A stretch of 64,000 bases of DNA from NCBI GenBank assembly GCA_964016885.1, contig OZ024743.1, positions 377,828,001-377,892,000 on the forward strand, in the 5' to 3' direction. Source of the stretch: Eledone cirrhosa. Its lineage: Eukaryota. The notes under the pieces were generated by a model, which searched no databases, was not told the origin of the DNA, and was given only the letters and a program-made list of their open reading frames with translations. The translations under genes were made by a program, and so were the position numbers. Shown piece by piece: positions 1-14,255 of this stretch. Numbering within the stretch: position 1 is the stretch's first letter; every line of letters starts with the position of its first letter.

Positions 1-3000
1 TGTGTTAATGTTAACTCTAAACGGTGTTAATGTTAACTGTAAACTATGTTAATGTTAACTGTAAACGGTGACAATGTTAACTGTAAACTGTGTCAATGTT
101 AACTGTAAACTGTGTTAATGTTAACTGTAAACTGTGTTAATGTTAACTCTAAACTGTGTTAATGTTAACTCTAAACTGTGTTAATGTTAACTGTAAACTG
201 TGTCAATGTTAACTCTAAATTGTGTCAATGTTAACTGTTAACTGTGTCAATGTTAACTGTAAATTGTGTCAATGTTAACTTAAACTGTGTCAATGTTAAC
301 TGTAAACTGTGTTAATGTTAACTGTAAGCTGTGTCAATGTTAACTGTAAACTGTGTCAATGTTGACTGTAAACTGTGTTAATGTTAACTCTAAACTGTGT
401 TAATGTTAACTGTAAACTGTGTCAATGTTAACTGTAAACTGTGTCAATGTTAACTTAAACTGGGTCAATGTTAACTGTAAACTGTGTTAATGTTAACTCT
501 AAACGGTGTTAATGTTAACTGTAAACTATGTTAATGTTAACTGTAAACTGTGACAATGTTAACTGTAAAATGTGTCAATGTTAACTCTAAACTGTGTTAA
601 TGTTAACTGTAAACTGTGTTAATGTTAACTATAAACTGTGTTAATGTTAACTGTAAACTGTGTCAATGTTAACTGTAAACTGTGTTAATGTTAACTCTAA
701 ACTGTGTCAATGTTAACTGTAAACTGTGTTAATGTTAACTGTAAACTGTGTCAATGTTAACTGTAAACTGTGTTAATGTTAACTGTAAACTGTGTCAATG
801 TTAACTGTAAACTGTGTCGATGTTAACTGTGAACTGGGTCAATGTTAACTGTAAACTGTGTCAATATTAACTCTAAACTGTGTCAATGTTAACTGTTAAC
901 TGTGTCAATGTTAACTGTAAACTGTGTTAATGTTAACTGTAAACTGTGTCAATGTTAACTGTAAAGTGTGTCAATGTTAACTGTAAACTGTGTCGATGTT
1001 AACTGTAAATTGTGTCAATGTTAACTGTAAACTGTGTCAATGTTAACTGTAAACTATGTTGATGTTAACTGTAAACTGTGTCAATGTTAACTCTAAACTG
1101 TGTCAATGTTAACTGTAAACTGTGTTAATGTTAACTCTAAACTGTGTTAATGTTAACTGTAAACTGTGTTAATGTTAACTGTAAACTGTGACAATGTTAA
1201 CTGTAAACTGGGTCAATGTTAACTCTAAACTGTGTCAATGTTAACTGTAAACTGTGTTAATGTTAACTGCAAACTATGTCGATGTTAACTGTAAACTGTG
1301 TTGATGTTAACTGTAAACTGTGTCAATGTTAACTGTAAACTGTGTCAATGTTAACTATAAACTGTGTCAATGTTAACTGTAAACTGTGTTAATGTTAACT
1401 GTAAACTGTGTCAATGTTAACTGTAAACTGCGTCAATGTTAACTGTAAACTGTGTCAATGTTAACTGTAAACTGTGTCAATGTTAACTGTAAACTGTCAA
1501 TGTTAACTGTAAACTGTGTCAATGTTAACTCTAAACTGTCTCAATGTTAACTGTAAACTGTGTTAATGTTAACTGTAAACTGTGTCAATGTTAACTGTAA
1601 ACTGTGTTGTTAATGTTAACTGTAAACTGTGTCAATGTTAACTCTAAACTGTGTCAATGTTAACTGTAAACTGTGTTAATGTTAACTGTAAACTGTGTCA
1701 ATGTTAACTCTAAACTGTGTCAATGTTAACTGTAAACTGTGTTAATGTTAACTCTAAACTGTGTTAATGTTAACTGTAAACTGTGTCAATGTTAACTGTA
1801 AACTGTGTCAATGTTAACTGTAAACTGTGTCAATGTTAACTCTAAACTGTGTCAATGTTAACTGTAAACTGTGTTAATGTTAACTCTAAACTGTGTTAAT
1901 GTTAACTCTAAACTGTGTTAATGTTAACTCTAAACTGTGTTAATGTTAACTGTAAACTGTGTCAATGTTAACTCTAAATTGTGTCAATGTTAACTGTTAA
2001 CTGTGTCAATGTTAACTGTAAATTGTGTCAATGTTAACTTAAACTGTGTCAATGTTAACTGTAAACTGTGTTAATGTTAACTGTAAGCTGTGTCAATGTT
2101 AACTGTAAACTGTGTCAATGTTGACTGTAAACTGTGTTAATGTTAACTCTAAACTGTGTTAATGTTAACTGTAAACTGTGTCAATGTTAACTGTAAACTG
2201 TGTCAATGTTAACTTAAACTGGGTCAATGTTAACTGTAAACTGTGTTAATGTTAACTCTAAACGGTGTTAATGTTAACTGTAAACTATGTTAATGTTAAC
2301 TGTAAACTGTGACAATGTTAACTGTAAAATGTGTCAATGTTAACTCTAAACTGTGTTAATGTTAACTGTAAACTGTGTTAATGTTAACTATAAACTGTGT
2401 TAATGTTAACTGTAAACTGTGTCAATGTTAACTGTAAACTGTGTTAATGTTAACTCTAAACTGTGTCAATGTTAACTGTAAACTGTGTTAATGTTAACTG
2501 TAAACTGTGTCAATGTTAACTGTAAACTGTGTTAATGTTAACTGTAAACTGTGTCAATGTTAACTGTAAACTGTGTCGATGTTAACTGTGAACTGGGTCA
2601 ATGTTAACTGTAAACTGTGTCAATATTAACTCTAAACTGTGTCAATGTTAACTGTTAACTGTGTCAATGTTAACTGTAAACTGTGTTAATGTTAACTGTA
2701 AACTGTGTCAATGTTAACTGTAAAGTGTGTCAATGTTAACTGTAAACTGTGTCGATGTTAACTGTAAATTGTGTCAATGTTAACTGTAAACTGTGTCAAT
2801 GTTAACTGTAAACTATGTTGATGTTAACTGTAAACTGTGTCAATGTTAACTCTAAACTGTGTCAATGTTAACTGTAAACTGTGTTAATGTTAACTCTAAA
2901 CTGTGTTAATGTTAACTGTAAACTGTGTTAATGTTAACTGTAAACTGTGACAATGTTAACTGTAAACTGGGTCAATGTTAACTCTAAACTGTGTCAATGT

Positions 3001-6000
3001 TAACTGTAAACTGTGTTAATGTTAACTGCAAACTATGTCGATGTTAACTGTAAACTGTGTTGATGTTAACTGTAAACTGTGTCAATGTTAACTGTAAACT
3101 GTGTCAATGTTAACTATAAACTGTGTCAATGTTAACTGTAAACTGTGTTAATGTTAACTGTAAACTGTGTCAATGTTAACTGTAAACTGCGTCAATGTTA
3201 ACTGTAAACTGTGTCAATGTTAACTGTAAACTGTGTCAATGTTAACTGTAAACTGTCAATGTTAACTGTAAACTGTGTCAATGTTAACTCTAAACTGTCT
3301 CAATGTTAACTGTAAACTGTGTTAATGTTAACTGTAAACTGTGTCAATGTTAACTGTAAACTGTGTTGTTAATGTTAACTGTAAACTGTGTCAATGTTAA
3401 CTCTAAACTGTGTCAATGTTAACTGTAAACTGTGTTAATGTTAACTGTAAACTGTGTCAATGTTAACTCTAAACTGTGTCAATGTTAACTGTAAACTGTG
3501 TTAATGTTAACTCTAAACTGTGTTAATGTTAACTGTAAACTGTGTCAATGTTAACTGTAAACTGTGTCAATGTTAACTGTAAACTGTGTCAATGTTAACT
3601 CTAAACTGTGTCAATGTTAACTGTAAACTGTGTTAATGTTAACTCTAAACTGTGTTGATGTTAACTCTAAACTGTGTCAATGTTAACTGTAAATTGTGTT
3701 AATGTTAACTCTAAACTATGTTAATGTTAACTGTAAACTGTGTCAATGTTAACTGTAAACTGTGTCAATGTTAACTGTAAACTGTGTTAATGTTAACTCT
3801 AAACTGTGTTAATGTTAACTGTAAACTGTGTTAATGTTAACTGTAAACTGTGACAATGTTAACTGTAAACTGTGTCAATGTTAACTCTACACTGTGTCAA
3901 TGTTAACTGTAAACTGTGTTAATGTTAACTGCAAACTGTGTCAATGTTAACTCTAAACTGTGTTGATGTTAACTGTAAACTGTGTCAATGTTAACTGTAA
4001 ACTGTGTCAATGTTAACTATAAACTGTGTCAATGTTAACTGTAAACTGTGTCAATGTTAACTGTAAAATGTGTTAATGTTAACTGTAAACTGTGTCAATG
4101 TTAACTGTAAATTGTGTCAATGTTAACTGTAAACTGTGTTCATGTTAACTGTAAACTGTGTCAATGTTAACTGTAAACTGTGTTGATGTTAACTGTAAAC
4201 TATGTCAATGTTGACTATAAACTGTGTCAATGTTAACTGTAAACTGTGTCGATGTTAACTCTAAACTCGGTCAATTTTAACTGTAAACTGTGTTAATGTT
4301 AAATTAAACTGTGTTAATGTTAACTGTAAACTGCCTCAATGTTAACTCTAAACTGTGTTAATGTTAACTGTAAAATGTGTCAATGTTAACTCTAAACTGT
4401 GTCAATGTTAACTGTAAACTGTGTTGATGTTAACTGTAAACTGTGTCAATGTTAACTCTAAACTGAGTCAATGTTAACTGTAAACTGTGTTAATGTTAAC
4501 TTAAACTGTGTCAATGTTAAATGTAAACTGTGTCAATATTAACTGTAAACTGTGCTGATGTTAACTGTAAATTGTGTCAATGTTAAATGTAAACTGTGTC
4601 AATGTTAACTGTAAACTGTGTTAATGTTAACTGTAAACTGTGTCAATGTTAAATGTAAACTGTGTCAATGTTAACTGTAAACTGTGTTAATGTTAACTGT
4701 AAACTGTGTCAATGTTAACTGTAAACTGGGTCAATGTTAACTGTAAACTGTGTTAATGTTAACTCTAAACGGTGTTAATGTTAACTGTAAACTATGTTAA
4801 TGTTAACTGTAAACTGTGACAATGTTAACTGTAAACTGTGTCAATGTTAACTCTAAACTGTGTTAATGTTAACTGTAAACTGTGTTAATGTTAACTCTAA
4901 ACTGTGTTAATGTTAACTCTAAACTGTGTTAATGTTAACTGTAAACTGTGTCAATGTTAACTCTAAATTGTGTCAATGTTAACTGTTAACTGTGTCAATG
5001 TTAACTGTAAATTGTGTCAATGTTAACTTAAACTGTGTCAATGTTAACTGTAAACTGTGTTAATGTTAACTGTAAGCTGTGTCAATGTTAACTGTAAACT
5101 GTGTCAATGTTGACTGTAAACTGTGTTAATGTTAACTCTAAACTGTGTTAATGTTAACTGTAAACTGTGTCAATGTTAACTGTAAACTGTGTCAATGTTA
5201 ACTTAAACTGGGTCAATGTTAACTGTAAACTGTGTTAATGTTAACTCTAAACGGTGTTAATGTTAACTGTAAACTATGTTAATGTTAACTGTAAACTGTG
5301 ACAATGTTAACTGTAAAATGTGTCAATGTTAACTCTAAACTGTGTTAATGTTAACTGTAAACTGTGTTAATGTTAACTATAAACTGTGTTAATGTTAACT
5401 GTAAACTGTGTTAATGTTAACTGTAAACTGTGTCAATGTTAACTGTAAACTGTGTTAATGTTAACTGTAAACTGTGTCAATGTTAACTGTAAACTGTGTC
5501 GATGTTAACTGTGAACTGGGTCAATGTTAACTGTAAACTGTGTCAATGTTAACTCTAAACTGTGTCAATGTTAACTGTTAACTGTGTCAATGTTAACTGT
5601 AAACTGTGTTAATGTTAACTGTAAACTGTGTCAATGTTAACTGTAAAGTGTGTCAATGTTAACTGTAAACTGTGTCGATGTTAACTGTAAATTGTGTCAA
5701 TGTTAACTGTAAACTGTGTCAATGTTAACTGTAAACTATGTTGATGTTAACTGTAAACTGTGTCAATGTTAACTCTAAACTGTGTCAATGTTAACTGTAA
5801 ACTGTGTTAATGTTAACTCTAAACTGTGTTAATGTTAACTGTAAACTGTGTTAATATTAACTGTAAACTGTGACAATGTTAACTGTAAACTAGGTCAATG
5901 TTAACTCTAAACTGTGTCAATGTTAACTGTAAACTGTGTTAATGTTAACTGCAAACTATGTCGATGTTAACTGTAAACTGTGTTGATGTTAACTGTAAAC

Positions 6001-9000
6001 TGTGTCAATGTTAACTGTAAACTGTGTCAATGTTAACTATAAACTGTGTCAATGTTAACTGTAAACTGTGTTAATGTTAACTGTAAACTGTGTCAATGTT
6101 AACTGTAAACTGCGTCAATGTTAACTGTAAACTGTGTCAATGTTAACTGTAAACTGTGTCAATGTTAACTGTAAACTGTCAATGTTAACTGTAAACTGTG
6201 TCAATGTTAACTCTAAACTGTCTCAATGTTAACTGTAAACTGTGTTAATGTTAACTGTAAACTGTGTTAATGTTAACTGTAAACTGTGTCAATGTTAACT
6301 GTAAACTGTGTTAATGTTAACTGTAAACTGTGTCAATGTTAACTCTAAACTGTGTCAATGTTAACTGTAAACTGTGTTAATGTTAACTCTAAACTGTGTT
6401 AATGTTAACTGTAAACTGTGTCAATGTTAACTGTAAACTGTGTCAATGTTAACTGTAAACTGTGTCAATGTTAACTCTAAACTGTGTCAATGTTAACTGT
6501 AAACTGTGTTAATGTTAACTCTAAACTGTGTTGATGTTAACTCTAAACTGTGTCAATGTTAACTGTAAACTGTGTTAATGTTAACTGTAAACTGTGTCAA
6601 TGTTAACTCTAAACTGTGTCAATGTTAACTGTAAACTGTGTTAATGTTAACTCTAAACTGTGTTAATGTTAACTGTAAACTGTGTCAATGTTAACTGTAA
6701 ACTGTGTCAATGTTAACTGTAAACTGTGTCAATGTTAACTCTAAACTGTGTCAATGTTAACTGTAAACTGTGTTAATGTTAACTCTAAACTGTGTTGATG
6801 TTAACTCTAAACTGTGTCAATGTTAACTGTAAACTGTGTTAATGTTAACTCTAAACTGTGTTAATGTTAACTGTAAACTGTGTCAATGTTAACTGTAAAC
6901 TGTGTCAATGTTAACTGTAAACTGTGTTAATGTTAACTCTAAACTGTGTTAATGTTAACTGTAAACTGTGTTAATGTTAACTGTAAACTGTGACAATGTT
7001 AACTGTAAACTGTGTCAATGTTAACTCTACACTGTGTCAATGTTAACTGTAAACTGTGTTAATGTTAACTGCAAACTGTGTCAATGTTAACTGTAAACTG
7101 TGTTGATGTTAACTGTAAACTGTGTCAATGTTAACTGTAAACTGTGTCAATGTTAACTATAAACTGTGTCAATGTTAACTGTAAACTGTGTCAATGTTAA
7201 CTGTAAAATGTGTTAATGTTAACTGTAAACTGTGTCAATGTTAACTGTAAATTGTGTCAATGTTAACTGTAAACTGTGTTCATGTTAACTGTAAACTGTG
7301 TCAATGTTAACTGTAAACTGTGTTGATGTTAACTGTAAACTATGTCAATGTTGACTATAAACTGTGTCAATGTTAACTGTAAACTGTGTCTATGTTAACT
7401 CTAAACTCGGTCAATTTTAACTGTAAACTGTGTTAATGTTAAATTAAACTGTGTTAATGTTAACTGTAAACAGTCTCAATGTTAACTCTAAACTGTGTTA
7501 ATGTTAACTGTAAAATGTGTCAATGTTAACTCTAAACTGTGTCAATGTTAACTGTAAACTGTGTTGATGTTAACTGTAAACTGTGTCAATGTTAACTCTA
7601 AACTGAGTCAATGTTAACTGTAAACTGTGTTAATGTTAACTGTAAACTGTGTCAATGTTAAATGTAAACTGTGTCAATATTAACTGTAAACTGTGCTGAT
7701 GTTAACTGTAAATTGTGTCAATGTTAAATGTAAACTGTGTCAATGTTAACTGTAAACTGTGTTAATGTTAACTGTAAACTGTGTCAATGTTAAATGTAAA
7801 CTGTGTCAATGTTAACTGTAAACTGTGTTAATGTTAACTGTAAACTGTGTTAATGTTAACTCTAAACTGTGTCAATGTTAGCTCTAAACTGTGTCAATGT
7901 TAACTCTAAACTGTGTCAATGTTAACTCTAAACTGAGTTAATGTTAACTTTAAACTGTGTCAATGTTAACTGTAAACTGTGTTAATGTTAACTGTAAACT
8001 GTGTTCATGTTAACTGTAAACTGTGTTAATGTTAACTGTAAACTGTGTCAATGTTAACTGTAAACTGTCTCAATGTTAACTCTAAACTGTGTTAATGTTA
8101 ACTCTAAACTGTGTTAATGTTAACTGTAAACTGTGTCAATGTTAACTCTAAACTGTGTCAATGTTAACTTTAAACTGTGTTAATGTTAACTGTAAACTGT
8201 GTCAATGTTAACTGTAAACTGTGTCAATGTTAACTCTAAACTGTGTCAATGTTAACTCTAAACTGTGTCAATGTTAACTTTAAACTGTGTCAATGTTAAC
8301 TCTAAACTGTGTCAATGTTAACTGTAAACTGTGTCAATGTTAACTGTAAACTGTGTCAATGTTAACTGTAAACTGTGTCAATGTTAACTGTAAACTGTCT
8401 CAATGTTAACTCTAAACTGTGTTAATGTTAACTCTAAACTGTGTTAATGTTAACTGTAAACTGTGTCAATGTTAACTGTAAACTGTGTTAATGTTAACTG
8501 TAAACTGTGTCAATGTTAACTGTAAACTGTGTCAATGTTAACTCTAAACTGTGTCAATGTTAACTCTAAACTGTGTCAATGTTAACTTTAAACTGTGTCA
8601 ATGTTAACTCTAAACTGTGTCAATGTTAACTGTAAACTGTGTCAATGTTAACTGTAAACTGTGTCAATGTTAACTGTAAACTGTGTTAATGTTAACTCTA
8701 AACTGTGTTAATGTTAACTGTAAACTGTGTTAATATTAACTGTAAACTGTGACAATGTTAACTGTAAACTAGGTCAATGTTAACTCTAAACTGTGTCAAT
8801 GTTAACTGTAAACTGTGTTAATGTTAACTGCAAACTATGTCGATGTTAACTGTAAACTGTGTTGATGTTAACTGTAAACTGTGTCAATGTTAACTGTAAA
8901 CTGTGTCAATGTTAACTATAAACTGTGTCAATGTTAACTGTAAACTGTGTTAATGTTAACTGTAAACTGTGTCAATGTTAACTGTAAACTGCGTCAATGT

Positions 9001-11990
9001 TAACTGTAAACTGTGTCAATGTTAACTGTAAACTGTGTCAATGTTAACTGTAAACTGTCAATGTTAACTGTAAACTGTGTCAATGTTAACTCTAAACTGT
9101 CTCAATGTTAACTGTAAACTGTGTTAATGTTAACTGTAAACTGTGTTAATGTTAACTGTAAACTGTGTCAATGTTAACTGTAAACTGTGTTAATGTTAAC
9201 TGTAAACTGTGTCAATGTTAACTCTAAACTGTGTCAATGTTAACTGTAAACTGTGTTAATGTTAACTGTAAACTGTGTCAATGTTAACTCTAAACTGTGT
9301 CAATGTTAACTGTAAACTGTGTTAATGTTAACTCTAAACTGTGTTAATGTTAACTGTAAACTGTGTCAATGTTAACTGTAAACTGTGTCAATGTTAACTG
9401 TAAACTGTGTCAATGTTAACTCTAAACTGTGTCAATGTTAACTGTAAACTGTGTTAATGTTAACTCTAAACTGTGTTGATGTTAACTCTAAACTGTGTCA
9501 ATGTTAACTGTAAACTGTGTTAATGTTAACTCTAAACTGTGTTAATGTTAACTGTAAACTGTGTCAATGTTAACTGTAAACTGTGTCAATGTTAACTGTA
9601 AACTGTGTTAATGTTAACTCTAAACTGTGTTAATGTTAACTGTAAACTGTGTTAATGTTAACTGTAAACTGTGACAATGTTAACTGTAAACTGTGTCAAT
9701 GTTAACTCTACACTGTGTCAATGTTAACTGTAAACTGTGTTAATGTTAACTGCAAACTGTGTCAATGTTAACTGTAAACTGTGTTGATGTTAACTGTAAA
9801 CTGTGTCAATGTTAACTGTAAACTGTGTCAATGTTAACTATAAACTGTGTCAATGTTAACTGTAAACTGTGTCAATGTTAACTGTAAAATGTGTTAATGT
9901 TAACTGTAAACTGTGTCAATGTTAACTGTAAATTGTGTCAATGTTAACTGTAAACTGTGTTCATGTTAACTGTAAACTGTGTCAATGTTAACTGTAAACT
10001 GTGTTGATGTTAACTGTAAACTATGTCAATGTTGACTATAAACTGTGTCAATGTTAACTGTAAACTGTGTCTATGTTAACTCTAAACTCGGTCAATTTTA
10101 ACTGTAAACTGTGTTAATGTTAAATTAAACTGTGTTAATGTTAACTGTAAACTGTCTCAATGTTAACTCTAAACTGTGTTAATGTTAACTGTAAAATGTG
10201 TCAATGTTAACTCTAAACTGTGTCAATGTTAACTGTAAACTGTGTTGATGTTAACTGTAAACTGTGTCAATGTTAACTCTAAACTGAGTCAATGTTAACT
10301 GTAAACTGTGTTAATGTTAACTGTAAACTGTGTCAATGTTAAATGTAAACTGTGTCAATATTAACTGTAAACTGTGCTGATGTTAACTGTAAATTGTGTC
10401 AATGTTAAATGTAAACTGTGTCAATGTTAACTGTAAACTGTGTTAATGTTAACTGTAAACTGTGTCAATGTTAAATGTAAACTGTGTCAATGTTAACTGT
10501 AAACTGTGTTAATGTTAACTGTAAACTGTGTTAATGTTAACTCTAAACTGTGTCAATGTTAGCTCTAAACTGTGTCAATGTTAACTCTAAACTGTGTCAA
10601 TGTTAACTCTAAACTGAGTTAATGTTAACTTTAAACTGTGTCAATGTTAACTGTAAACTGTGTTAATGTTAACTGTAAACTGTGTTCATGTTAACTGTAA
10701 ACTGTGTTAATGTTAACTGTAAACTGTGTCAATGTTAACTGTAAACTGTCTCAATGTTAACTCTAAACTGTGTTAATGTTAACTCTAAACTGTGTTAATG
10801 TTAACTGTAAACTGTGTCAATGTTAACTCTAAACTGTGTCAATGTTAACTTTAAACTGTGTTAATGTTAACTGTAAACTGTGTCAATGTTAACTGTAAAC
10901 TGTGTCAATGTTAACTCTAAACTGTGTCAATGTTAACTCTAAACTGTGTCAATGTTAACTTTAAACTGTGTCAATGTTAACTCTAAACTGTGTCAATGTT
11001 AACTGTAAACTGTGTCAATGTTAACTGTAAACTGTGTCAATGTTAACTGTAAACTGTGTCAATGTTAACTGTAAACTGTCTCAATGTTAACTCTAAACTG
11101 TGTTAATGTTAACTCTAAACTGTGTTAATGTTAACTGTAAACTGTGTCAATGTTAACTGTAAACTGTGTTAATGTTAACTGTAAACTGTGTCAATGTTAA
11201 CTGTAAACTGTGTCAATGTTAACTCTAAACTGTGTCAATGTTAACTCTAAACTGTGTCAATGTTAACTTTAAACTGTGTCAATGTTAACTCTAAACTGTG
11301 TCAATGTTAACTGTAAACTGTGTCAATGTTAACTGTAAACTGTGTCAATGTTAACTGTAAATTGTGTTAATGTTAACTGTAAACTGTGTCAATGTTAACT
11401 GTAAACTGTGTCAATGTTAACTGTAAACTGTGTCAATGTTAACTGTAAATTGTGTCAATGTTAACTGTAAACTGTGTCAATGTTAACTGTTAACTGTGTC
11501 AATGTTAACTCTAAACTGTGTCAATGTTAACTCTAAACTGTGTCAATGTTAACTGTAAATTGTGTCAATGTTAACTCTAAACTGTGTTAATGTTAACTGT
11601 AAACTGTGTTAATGTTAACTGTAAACTGTGTCAATGTTAACTCTATACTGTGTCAATGTTAACTCTAAACTGTGTTAATGTTAACTGTAAACTGTGTCAA
11701 TGTTAACTCTATACTGTGTCAATGTTAACTCTAAACTGTGTTAATGTTAACTGTAAACTGTGTTAATGTTAACTTTAAACTGTGTCAATGTTAACTCTAA
11801 ACTGTGTTAATGTTAACTGTAAATTGTGTCAATGTTAACTCTAAACTGAGTTAATGTTAACTCTTAACTGTGTCAATGTTAACTGTAAACTGTGTCGATG
11901 TTCACTCTAAACTGTGTTAATGTTAACTGTAAACTGTGTTAACATTCATTGTATCAATGTTAACTGTAAATTGTGTTAATGTTCACAGTA
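1..11990. repeat. 22-bp tandem satellite (consensus AAACTGTGTYAATGTTAACTST), roughly 540 units, with kb-scale higher-order duplications; intronic to the PAP2 gene
   Basis: The 22-nt period is read directly. Each unit has a GTTAAC palindrome. Rare variant units recur at fixed offsets (1759 bp, 2681 bp). The array degenerates at ~11940-11995. Confidence 0.98.
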
Positions 11991-12030
11991 AACTGTTTTA
12001 AGATTTCAAATAATTTTCTTCATTATTTAG

Positions 12031-12242
12031 GTTTGTCTAACGGAATGGTTGAACTGGCAATTCCTCAAGAGATGTATAGGAAGAGGAACGCAACTGTCAA
12101 CAACTATCAGAGTATATACAATATTTCTGTTTGGTATCACTTTAAACCAGTTTTTTGTTGATGTTCCAAAATATTTTATGGGAAGTATGAGACCCAATTT
12201 CTTTGCAGTTTGTCAACCCAATGTAAATTGTACAAAAGATGA
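12031..12242 (+). CDS. Phospholipid phosphatase (PAP2/PLPP family), internal exon with catalytic motif C1
   Basis: Acceptor ttttcttcattatttag precedes 12031 and donor gtaagt starts at 12243. Translation VCLTEWLNWQ...DVPKYFMGSMRPNFFAVCQP contains KxxxxxxRP. Upstream exons lie outside the window. Confidence 0.92.
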
Positions 12243-12414
12243 GTAAGTGAAACTATCTTTATTAGGATTTTGCTTTTTCATTGTATTATGTAATTGTTCA
12301 ATTCTGTTTGGAAACTTGATATGAATTTGAGGACTATCATTATCATCATCATCATCATCATTATCATCATCATCATCATCACCATGCAACTGCAGTAGCA
12401 GATGATCACAGTCT

Positions 12415-12510
12415 TCTTTCACCCATTGTAGTTTTCATAAACTTCCTTCACCCATTGTAGTTTTCAAAACTTCCTTCACCGATTGCAGTTTTCATAATGC
12501 TTCCTCACCG
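12415..12510. repeat. Three ~29-bp tandem units (cttccttcacccattgtagttttcataaa), preceded by a (CAT)n tract
   Basis: Read directly. Confidence 0.8.
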
Positions 12511-12849
12511 TGACCAAAGACACACTGAGCACCCTAGTGTTGTAAAGGTAGTGTCGGTGCCATTATAAAATTCACCCAGCCCACTCTGTAAAGTGGTAGT
12601 GCTGGTGCCACAACAGGAAGCACCCAGCTCACCCTGCAAGAGCCTAAACAGATAGTGCAAGGCATCTCTTCCAACACTTTACCAATACTGTTACTCCACC
12701 ACCTCTTGGACTGATAGTTTATTTATTGATTCCAAATGATAAAGTTGACCTCTCTGAAATTTGAACTTTGAGCAAGGGAAAGCTAGAACATATACTGAGG
12801 CATTTCATCTACCAATACATTATTAGATATTAATCTTTAAAATATATAA

Positions 12850-13036
12850 TAATTGTTTCTACTTTTGGTACAAGGCCAGAAATTACCCAGTACATTACTG
12901 GTACTTTATTTTATCGACCCCATATGGATGAAAGGCAAAGTTAACCTCGGCAGGATTTGAACTCAGATCATAAAGGGACGTAACAATGCTGGAAAGCATG
13001 TCCGACCTTCTACCGATACTGCCAATTCACCGCCCT
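12850..13036 (-). mobile_element. tRNA-derived SINE with Nin-type central domain
   Basis: Reverse complement of the copy at 24204-24421 (ttttatcgaccc...ggatgaaaggcaaag...ggatttgaactc). Confidence 0.8.
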
Positions 13037-13619
13037 TTTAAAATATATAATAATGGTTTCTAATTTAGGCCCAAAGCCATTTTTAGATATTTTCTACAGA
13101 GATAATACTGCAAATTTTCATGATGATCTCTCCACTAGGAAAGATACTATAAACATTTGAATTAGCACTTCTGTTTTTAGATATTTTCTACTAAATCATT
13201 ATAGGATGATAAAAATTAAATTGCTATTTAGCAGAGTTTAGCTTCAAAAGAGTTAGAGTTAGAATTATTGTCTTACATTAAGTTTTCCATGCTTGCACAA
13301 GTTGGACAAAACCCAAAACTTATCTCGGTTTCATAATTACTAAGTGACTAAGAGTACAAGGCTCCACCTCGCCCCTCTCCCCACTGGATGGTAAGTTAGT
13401 CTGTCACAGGGTTAACCTCCAGTTGCTTCAGGTTGACCAATGCTCTATTAGTGAAATTTTATTGAGTAAAACTGTGCAGAAGGCCATCATAATCATTATA
13501 ATTACCATAATCTTAGTTTAACCCTTTCATGACCATATTTGTAATGAAATACATTCTGTCTTAATTAGGATATAAAAAAAAAAAAATCTAAACTAATTTC
13601 AAACTATTTCATTAAACAG

Positions 13620-13740
13620 GTTTATCTTTAACTATACATGCACCAATGCAGAATTTAGTGCTCACAAACAAAAGGATGCTTTGTTGTCATTTCCTTCTGG
13701 TCATGCAGCCATTGCAGTATATACAGCCCTCTACACTGTT
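13620..13740 (+). CDS. PAP2/PLPP exon with motif C2 (SFPSGH)
   Basis: Acceptor attaaacag, donor gtaagt. Phase matches the previous exon (GA|G = Glu). Translation FIFNYTCTNAEFSAHKQKDALLSFPSGHAAIAVYTALYTV. Not in the ORF track. Confidence 0.93.
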
Positions 13741-13869
13741 GTAAGTTGGAAATTAACTACCATTTCTCATTATTTTGGTGTTAACCCTTTTGTGACTATA
13801 TTTTTGATGAAACACACAACACTGTCTATGAGTTTTAATTAATATTTAGAAATAGGTGAGTGGCATAGT

Positions 13870-14255
13870 GAGACAGAGAGTGACTGCTAAGGAGGGGCTG
13901 CTAAGCTGAGGAAGCGGGGAAGTATGCTGAAGATGGAAGTAGTATGTTGAAGAGGGGAGGAATATGCTAAGGAGGGGAGGAGGTATTCTGAGGAAGAGAG
14001 GAGTATGCTGAGGGTGGACTTGCATACTGAAGATGTGTGTGGCGTGCTAAAAAGCTGTAAGGAGGAAGGTCACATTATGAAGAGGGGAAGGTCATGCTAA
14101 GGAAAGGTGTGACACACTGAAATGGGCAGGGTCAGGATGAAGTGAGGAGTTGAGTGCTGAGAAGGGGAGGGCCATGCTAAGGAGGGGTGTGGCATGCTGA
14201 AGAGGGCAGGATCATGCTGAAGAGAAGTGTGGCATACTGAGGAAAGGAGTTAATA
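13870..14255. repeat. Degenerate purine-rich ~21-bp minisatellite (gctgaagaggggaggagtat-like)
   Basis: Recurrent gctgaagagggg/gctaaggagggg units. Confidence 0.7.

Noticed and set aside
1-11990. CRISPR-like array or coding repeat
   Set aside because: Units are contiguous with no unique spacers, stop codons recur and the ORF track is empty, and the context is eukaryotic. It is a satellite.
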